Origin: a virus
Taxonomy: Duplodnaviria > Caudoviricetes
IMG/VR virus record: IMGVR_UViG_3300016474_000093
Location: 1,417-65,416 of that record
Reading direction: 5' to 3' (one strand)
Length of the DNA: 64,000 bases
The notes below the pieces were generated by a model. The model was given only the letters and a program-made list of their open reading frames with translations. It was not told the DNA's origin and did no database searches. Shown here piece by piece: positions 57,754-64,000 of this stretch (its first letter is position 1; each line of letters begins with the position of its first letter). Position numbers and translations under genes: made by a program.

Positions 57754-58217
57754 ATGAAGCCAAGAAGCTTTGCAAGGATGTACTGATCAAGCCCTTTGAA
57801 GGGCTGGCAAAGCGTTTGCCTGATGGAAGAGTTCAAGCCTATCCTGACCCCGGAACTCGTGGACATCCTTGGACAATCGGTTGGGGGGCAACCGGCCCCG
57901 AAATTAACCCCGGCACGATCTGGACGATGCAGCAATGCGAAGAGGCGCTTGACCACCACATAGAGTATTTTGTACAGGGCATAACTAAGCTTTCACCTAA
58001 AATTCAGACCGCACTTCCTAGACGCATTGCCGCAGTGACTAGCTGGGTCTACAATTGTGGCCTAGGAAACTATCGGGTTTCTACGTTTAAAAAGCGCGTT
58101 GATGCGGGGGACTGGGACGGTGCAGCAGATCAATGTATGCTCTGGAATAAAGCTGCCGGTCGAGTTCTCCCCGGTCTCACTCGCCGACGCGCTGCTGAAG
58201 CTGCTTTGATGAGGTGA
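57750..58217 (+). CDS. Endolysin, GH24 lysozyme
   Basis: FEG...AYPDP..WTIGWGAT...YNCG...WNKAAGRVLPGLTRRRAAE. Confidence 0.93.
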   Translation: MNEAKKLCKDVLIKPFEGLAKRLPDGRVQAYPDPGTRGHPWTIGWGATGPEINPGTIWTMQQCEEALDHHIEYFVQGITKLSPKIQTALPRRIAAVTSWVYNCGLGNYRVSTFKKRVDAGDWDGAADQCMLWNKAAGRVLPGLTRRRAAEAALMR

Positions 58218-58220
58218 AGC

Positions 58221-58709
58221 GTGCCATTCCTCAAATTAAATTTTCGTCCAGGGATTAACCGAGATCAAACTAGCTATTCCGGTGAAGGTGGCTGGTATGA
58301 GTGTGACAAGATTCGTTTCTTTTCAGGCTACCCGCAAAAACTTGGGGGCTGGCAAAAAGCTACACCTTATTTTTATTTTGGTACTTCAAGACAGTTATTT
58401 AATTGGATAACGTCTTACAACGACAACTTACTTGCTGTAGGTACTAATAATCACGTTTATATTGAAGTTGGCGGGCAGTTTTATAATATAACCCCGATTG
58501 AACGTTCTGTAGTTGCTAGTATGCCTATTACTTCTGTTGAAGCAGAAGGTACAGTAAATTCTATTGGGTCTGTAGTTAGTACGGTCGCTCTTTCCGGCGT
58601 AGCAGGTACTGGAACTACAGGTTTTGTTGGCACTATTTCCCCTACGGATACGTCACTTCACATTTATGGTGTTAGCTCCACAGGTTCTACAGGTACAGTC
58701 ACACCATGA
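58221..58709 (+). CDS. Tail nozzle/stabilisation protein, N-terminal part
   Basis: FRPGINR...WYECDKIRF..GYPQKLGGW, then repeat-like Ser/Thr/Val/Gly segment and stop. Confidence 0.6.
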   Translation: MPFLKLNFRPGINRDQTSYSGEGGWYECDKIRFFSGYPQKLGGWQKATPYFYFGTSRQLFNWITSYNDNLLAVGTNNHVYIEVGGQFYNITPIERSVVASMPITSVEAEGTVNSIGSVVSTVALSGVAGTGTTGFVGTISPTDTSLHIYGVSSTGSTGTVTP

Positions 58710-60316
58710 TATCTTTTAGCGCATCTGACGGGTCTTCCACAATAACGGTTACTGACCCTAATCACGGTTCTCAAACTGGTGACTTTGTTACCTACGCTTA
58801 TGCTGTGTCACTTGGCGGGAATATAACTGCTGAAGTTTTAAACCAAGATTACGAAATTACAAAAGTAGACTCTAGCACCTACACCATACAGGCTAGGTCT
58901 ACCAATAAATCTCAGATTGTTCCTGTCCTTGCTAATTCTTCAGATGTAGGTAACGGTGGCACGCTTACTAACGCTTATTACGGCATACCTTCTGGATATG
59001 CGGCTACGACTTATGGATATGGTTGGGGTGCGGGTACTTGGGGTGGTATGCCGTGGGGTCTAGCTGCGCCTACCCCAGTCGTTTTAACTCAACGTGATTG
59101 GTGGTTTGATAATTTCGACAACGACCTAGTAATGAATATCCGAAAGGGCGCTATTTATTATTGGTCTCGTGGATCAATTTTGTCACCAGATACTGCGTTA
59201 GCTACACGGGCTATACCTCTCACTGCTTTACCGGGTGCGGCGGATGTACCTGAGAAGGCAATGCAAATTCTTGTATCGCAAAATGATAAACATCTTCTTG
59301 CGCTAGGATGTCAACCATATGCTGGGTTGCCTGGGGACTATGACCCACTACTTATCCGTTGGGCAAGTCAAGACGAACCGCAGATGTGGACTCCACTAAT
59401 TACAAACTCTGCTGGGTTTATTAAAGTTTCACGCGGTTCTGAAATTGTTCGTGGGATATCAACAAGACAAGAAACTCTTGTTTTCACAAATTCATCCTTA
59501 TATTCGTTGCAATATACAGGTACTTTAGATGTTTTTTCTTTACAAGAACTAGCTGATAACATATCGATTATCAGCCCTCGCGCAGTCACAACGGCAAATA
59601 ACGTAACTTATTGGATGGGCCAAGATAAGTTCTATGTCTACTCAGGGCAGGTGCAAACTCTACCTTGTACGATAAGGCAGTATGTATTCCAAGACATAAA
59701 CTTTGACCAAGCAAATCAAATTGTATGTGGCTCTAATGAAGGGTTTACCGAAATTTGGTGGTTTTACCCAAGTGCTAATTCAGATTGGAATGATCGATAC
59801 GTTATCTTTAATCACTTAGAAGGTGTTTGGTACTACGGTACTTTAGTCCGTACAGCTTGGCTTGATACCGCATTACGATCTAACCCCGTTGCTGCATACA
59901 CTGGACAAAATGATACGGTGGGGTACGAATATCAGCATGAGGTTGGAGTAAATGACGGCGATGCTCCGATGACTTCCTATATCCAGTCGTCTGATTATGA
60001 CCTCGGTGATGGTGAGCAGTTCATGCTCACCCGTCGGTTACTGCCTGATTTTAATTTTACAAACTCAACTGCTGCTACGCCGACAGTGACTCTAACGATG
60101 AAGCCCAAGCGGTTTTCTGGATCGGCTTATGCGAACACAGCGTCTGATTCTCAAAATGTAACCTCAACTTATGCAACGTTGGACCAATACACAGAGCAGG
60201 TGTTTGTACGTGCTCGCGGACGACAGATGGCGTTTAGGATTTCTTCGGATGGTTTGGGTGTTCAGTGGCAGTCTGGTTCGCATCGACTTGATGTAAGACC
60301 TGATGGTAAGCGATGA
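58706..60316 (+). CDS. Tail nozzle/stabilisation protein, main beta-propeller part
   Basis: DPLLIRWASQ, NSAG, YWMGQDKFY, EIWWFYPS, RARGRQ; ATGA overlap with the N-terminal part. Confidence 0.7.
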   Translation: MISFSASDGSSTITVTDPNHGSQTGDFVTYAYAVSLGGNITAEVLNQDYEITKVDSSTYTIQARSTNKSQIVPVLANSSDVGNGGTLTNAYYGIPSGYAATTYGYGWGAGTWGGMPWGLAAPTPVVLTQRDWWFDNFDNDLVMNIRKGAIYYWSRGSILSPDTALATRAIPLTALPGAADVPEKAMQILVSQNDKHLLALGCQPYAGLPGDYDPLLIRWASQDEPQMWTPLITNSAGFIKVSRGSEIVRGISTRQETLVFTNSSLYSLQYTGTLDVFSLQELADNISIISPRAVTTANNVTYWMGQDKFYVYSGQVQTLPCTIRQYVFQDINFDQANQIVCGSNEGFTEIWWFYPSANSDWNDRYVIFNHLEGVWYYGTLVRTAWLDTALRSNPVAAYTGQNDTVGYEYQHEVGVNDGDAPMTSYIQSSDYDLGDGEQFMLTRRLLPDFNFTNSTAATPTVTLTMKPKRFSGSAYANTASDSQNVTSTYATLDQYTEQVFVRARGRQMAFRISSDGLGVQWQSGSHRLDVRPDGKR

Positions 60317-60927
60317 GCTACTTTAATTTCGTTTCTCCTGTTTTACCGCTGCCAGCGCCGCAGTATGACGTTCGTCAACTTAATGAACTTAATCGTGTCT
60401 TACGTCTTTATTTTTCTAGGTTTGATAATTTTGTACTCCCATACGGTGCTTTCTACGACACGACAGATCAAACTGCTGCTAGTACAACAACTGCGTACCC
60501 GATAACGCTCAACTCAACTTCCTACTCAGTAGGTGTTGGTATAGACGCTTCCAACACTTCAAGGATTTACGTCAATACCGCAGGTACGTACAATATTCAG
60601 TTCAGCGCACAACTCGTTAATTACTCTAACCAGTCTGAAGATATCGACATTTGGTTCAGGAAGAACGGCACTGATATTGCCGATTCCAACACAAGATTTG
60701 GGCTTGCCGCTAGAAAAGGTCCATCAGACCCATACCACTCTGTAGCTGCTCTTAATTTCTTCATCGCGCTGTTAGCGGGGGACTATATCGAGCTAGTCTG
60801 GTGTTCAACTGAAGCGTATACTACCGCTGGGACAGGTGCGTATATTGAACATTATGCAGCTCCATCAAGCCCGCCAAGACCTGCAATACCATCCGTCATC
60901 GTAACGGCAACTTGGGTTTCTTCGTAA
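60313..60927 (+). CDS. Tail-associated hypothetical protein
   Basis: LRLYF N-terminus, GTYNIQFSAQL, IPSVIVT; C1q/TNF-like beta sandwich. Confidence 0.65.
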   Translation: MSYFNFVSPVLPLPAPQYDVRQLNELNRVLRLYFSRFDNFVLPYGAFYDTTDQTAASTTTAYPITLNSTSYSVGVGIDASNTSRIYVNTAGTYNIQFSAQLVNYSNQSEDIDIWFRKNGTDIADSNTRFGLAARKGPSDPYHSVAALNFFIALLAGDYIELVWCSTEAYTTAGTGAYIEHYAAPSSPPRPAIPSVIVTATWVSS

Positions 60928-60936
60928 GGAACAGTC

Positions 60937-61755
60937 ATGTCTATTTATTCTGCCCAACAACTTGCTAGCATGGGTCGCGGTAATGACAGCATGTTGGTTC
61001 ATATGACACCTAGAGAAGTCGGGGGTTTACAAGCTCTTGCTATGGCTCAAGGCGGGTCTCTTAGTATTAATCCAAGAACTGGTCTCCCTGAAGCTGGCTT
61101 CTTAGACAGATTACTACCGACAATCATTGGTGCAGGTCTTACCTTCTTTACTGGGATGCCTCCTATGATGGCAGCAGCCATTGTTGGTGGTGGCGAAACA
61201 ATTCGTACAGGCGATCTTGGTAAAGGCTTTATGGCTGGCCTTGGCGCGTTTGGTGGTGCTGGATTGGGCGGTGCGCTTGGTGGTGCTGAGTCGCTTGGAG
61301 CACGGGCCGCAAATATTGCAGAACAAACAGGGATTGCAGAGCAAGCACTTTCTTCTGGACCTTTAAATGCTGCTTCAGCGGAAACTCTTGGTAACACAAT
61401 GAGAACACGAGGTCTACAAGCCGCATCTGATTTTGCTTCACAACCACTTTTAGACCAAGCTAAATCAAGCCTTGCTACGTTAGGTCAGCCCGGTGGTTTA
61501 TCTAATTTAGGTAGTAACTTATTGGGGCAGTACGGGGGTAAATACGGTGCGATGGCTGCGGCCTATCCATTGGTAAGTGAGATTATGCGTCCACCTGATG
61601 TCAAGTTCCCTGAACAAGAGAAGTACGAAGCCAAACCGCCTGCGCTACCGATGCCGCGTGTGTATAACCCGATACAAAAAGACCCAAGAAAAATATCGAG
61701 TGAGTACAACTACTTTGAACCATCTAACCCGTATCCGGGATTCATGAGGGGCTAA
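60937..61755 (+). CDS. Internal virion/ejection protein
   Basis: GRGNDSMLVHMTPREV...NPRTGLPEA plus Gly-rich TM-like segments. Confidence 0.65.
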   Translation: MSIYSAQQLASMGRGNDSMLVHMTPREVGGLQALAMAQGGSLSINPRTGLPEAGFLDRLLPTIIGAGLTFFTGMPPMMAAAIVGGGETIRTGDLGKGFMAGLGAFGGAGLGGALGGAESLGARAANIAEQTGIAEQALSSGPLNAASAETLGNTMRTRGLQAASDFASQPLLDQAKSSLATLGQPGGLSNLGSNLLGQYGGKYGAMAAAYPLVSEIMRPPDVKFPEQEKYEAKPPALPMPRVYNPIQKDPRKISSEYNYFEPSNPYPGFMRG

Positions 61756-61757
61756 AA

Positions 61758-62567
61758 ATGGGTATAGGTATACTATCGCAGTTACGTTCTATCAGTAGAG
61801 GTAACGTAGCCTCGCCAGCGCCACAAAATCCGTACGCTTCACAACAATCCTTTCAAAGTCAATACGCTTCGCCTTTAGCTGGGTTAGGGGCTATTTTTAA
61901 TAGTTTTCAACAACCTAGCGCACAGCAACAACCTAGCCAACTTAGACCTTCAGGTTTGTTTACGATGGATATGGTGCCGCAGCAACAACCTAATCCTTAC
62001 GCAGCGCTATTTCAGCAACGTTACGTTCAACCAACTAGGCAAACCCCTGCGGAATTTGTACCTCAATCTGCGGAAGACTATATACCATCATTCCAACAAA
62101 TTGTTGCTCCTGAACCGGAAAGAAAGTTAGGGTTGTTTCGTGGTAGAAGAGGAAAAGGTGCTTCATCACAACCCACCCGAGGCGAACAAACTTATTTCAA
62201 CCGGCCTGTTGAAACTGCCCCTACTCCTACTCCTACTCCTACTCCTACTCCTACTGAATTTATCCTTGACTTCGGGCACGGGGCTATGCGCACTGGTGGT
62301 GTAATTAAAGCTGCTACAGGCCGATACCTTCAAGGTCCGGGGGATGGTACAAGTGACTCCATCCCTGCTACGATTGGTAACGCACAGCCTGCTCGATTAG
62401 CTGATGGTGAGTTTGTCATCGACGCACGTACAGTTTCAGAGATCGGTAATGGCTCATCAAACGCAGGTGCTAAGAAGCTTTACGCCATGATGGAGCGGGT
62501 ACATAGAGAACGTAAGAAAGCTAAACGTGGGCAGGATTCAAATGCAGACAGGTTCTTACCAAGGTGA
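61758..62567 (+). CDS. Internal virion protein with PT linker
   Basis: Gln/Pro-rich N-terminus; (cctact)x6 at 62220-62255; GPGDGTSDSIPA...LADGEFVI domain. Confidence 0.65.
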   Translation: MGIGILSQLRSISRGNVASPAPQNPYASQQSFQSQYASPLAGLGAIFNSFQQPSAQQQPSQLRPSGLFTMDMVPQQQPNPYAALFQQRYVQPTRQTPAEFVPQSAEDYIPSFQQIVAPEPERKLGLFRGRRGKGASSQPTRGEQTYFNRPVETAPTPTPTPTPTPTEFILDFGHGAMRTGGVIKAATGRYLQGPGDGTSDSIPATIGNAQPARLADGEFVIDARTVSEIGNGSSNAGAKKLYAMMERVHRERKKAKRGQDSNADRFLPR

Positions 62568-63009
62568 AATTCAAGTTTCAATGGTACCTAGAGAGTATGT
62601 TCTATATTGTTGGCCGCAAGTTAAAGAATATCTTCAAGGTGCGGCTGATTACACGTTTGGCAGGTACGAAGTAGAAGATATTCTTGACTCCATCATGGAG
62701 TATGACCATACGCTTTGGATTGCATTTGATACATCAGGAATAAAAGGTGCAGTAGTAACGCATTTTTGTCATTACCCTAGAAAAAAGTACCTTTCTATGG
62801 TGTTTTGCGGCGGTGAAGAACTTGATACATGGAAGCCTTCAATGCTTAAGCTTCTCCAACATTTTGCGTATGACAACCAATGCGACGGTGTTGAAGCTAC
62901 TGCTCGGCTAGGCTGGACTAAGATTTTTAAGGACGACGGGCATAAACCGTTGTGGCAGACTTTTCAGTTACCTGCGGCTGAAGCGGGTTTAGGAGTACAT
63001 CATGGGTAA
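62542..63009 (+). CDS. GNAT-fold-like hypothetical protein
   Basis: LWIAF..GAVVT..YPRKK...FCGG...W; start uncertain (62527, 62542 or 62581). Confidence 0.55.
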   Translation: MQTGSYQGEIQVSMVPREYVLYCWPQVKEYLQGAADYTFGRYEVEDILDSIMEYDHTLWIAFDTSGIKGAVVTHFCHYPRKKYLSMVFCGGEELDTWKPSMLKLLQHFAYDNQCDGVEATARLGWTKIFKDDGHKPLWQTFQLPAAEAGLGVHHG

Positions 63010-63997
63010 AGGTGACGGCGGTAGCGCACCAACATCACAGACGGTTACGCAGACTAACCTGCCTGAATACGCTCGTCCTTATTTTGAAAACATAATGAAC
63101 AGAGCGCAAGCTCAGTCTTATCAACAGTACGTCCCGTACCAAAACGAAAGGACTGCGTACTTCACCCCTGGGCAACTTCAGACCCAGCAAGAAGTTATGG
63201 GTATGCAAGATCCGTCTCAGCTTTATGACGCATCTAATATTGCATACAACACTGCTATGCAGTCTATGCGGGCTGGACAACATTATCAACCTGGGCAGTT
63301 TGGGTTATCTGGTTTTAGAGATGTTAATGCTGAAAGAGTTGGATCAAGAGACATACAAGCAGCTCAATCCGCTTACCGTCCAGAACTAAAAGATATTTAT
63401 ACGGCTGCGCCTGAACGCGTATCTACATACGATATTTCTACGGCTCAATTAGGAGACCCGCAACCGTTTAATACCCAAATCGCACAACAGTACATGTCTC
63501 CATACATGCAAAATGTTGTAGACATTCAGAAAAGAGAAGCTTTGCGAGATGCTCAAATAGCACAACTTGGGCAAAACCTTGCTGCACCAAGGCAGGGTAC
63601 GTATGGTGGGGCTAGACAGGCTCTTCTTACTGGTGAACGTGAACGTGGGTTGCGTACCCAACTTGGTGATATACAATCCACTGGGTCTGAAAAAGCTTTT
63701 GGGCAAGCGCAACAACAATTTGAACGTGATCGTGCGGCACAAATGCAATCTAGTTTAGCTAAACTAAATGTAGAGGCACAGAATGCGGCCAACAGACTTC
63801 AAGCGGCAGCTATAAATCAGCAAGCGGCGTTACAAGCCGCTCTTGCTAATCAGCAAGCTGGGCTTCAGACTCAGCAACTTAAAACGCAGTCTGAACTACA
63901 AGTTGAGATGGCTAATCTCACCAACCAACAACAAGCTGCTGTACAAAACGAAGCTAATAGGCTCCAAGCGTCAGGCATTACAAGCCGCTCTTGCTAA
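63002..63997 (+). CDS. DNA pilot/ejection protein, probably truncated or frameshifted at the window end
   Basis: TQTNLPEYARPY, YMSPYMQNVV, TYGGARQALL, Q/A-rich repeats. Confidence 0.65.
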   Translation: MGKGDGGSAPTSQTVTQTNLPEYARPYFENIMNRAQAQSYQQYVPYQNERTAYFTPGQLQTQQEVMGMQDPSQLYDASNIAYNTAMQSMRAGQHYQPGQFGLSGFRDVNAERVGSRDIQAAQSAYRPELKDIYTAAPERVSTYDISTAQLGDPQPFNTQIAQQYMSPYMQNVVDIQKREALRDAQIAQLGQNLAAPRQGTYGGARQALLTGERERGLRTQLGDIQSTGSEKAFGQAQQQFERDRAAQMQSSLAKLNVEAQNAANRLQAAAINQQAALQAALANQQAGLQTQQLKTQSELQVEMANLTNQQQAAVQNEANRLQASGITSRSC

Positions 63998-64000
63998 TCA

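Noticed and set aside
58690-58712. Programmed -1 ribosomal frameshift joining the nozzle halves
   Set aside because: No X XXY YYZ slippery heptamer or obvious downstream structure; kept only as a split-gene observation.
62220-62255. Phase-variable microsatellite
   Set aside because: The hexamer unit keeps the frame and encodes a Pro-Thr linker; length change would not switch expression.
1-64000. Stop-codon reassignment
   Set aside because: Core genes are full length under the standard code, and TAA, TGA and TAG all end genes at sensible overlaps.

Overview
The window is almost a complete (circularly permuted) genome of a lytic-looking tailed dsDNA phage with podovirus-like morphogenesis genes. 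Both edges fall inside the ejection (internal virion) protein cluster. A freshwater Proteobacteria host is an inference from gene style, not something shown by the sequence. Layout: (1) + strand 1-8318, end of the ejection cluster, including a 2430-aa polyvalent-type protein. (2) - strand 8315-28941, replication/middle genes (AEP primase-helicase, SSB, SNF2 helicase, Cas4-like nuclease, family A DNA polymerase, VRR-NUC), many small hypotheticals, and a DUF3150-like/MoxR-AAA/vWA-metallopeptidase operon. (3) 28970-32140, a repeat-rich early/control region with a probable iteron origin and repeated terminator-box-double-palindrome-promoter cassettes around two paralogous genes. (4) + strand 32175-64000: terminase, portal, GroES-like co-chaperonin, scaffold, major capsid, small basic proteins, tail/fibre genes, three 2OG-Fe(II) oxygenases, lysis genes and ejection proteins. 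No integrase, RNA polymerase, tRNA, CRISPR array or reverse transcriptase was seen. The strongest unusual signals are a 24-aa mimic of the capsid protein N-terminus, conserved at protein level and fused to an early/middle gene right after the MoxR/vWA pair, and the modular repeat cassettes of the early region. Family names come from motif recognition by eye, not database searches.
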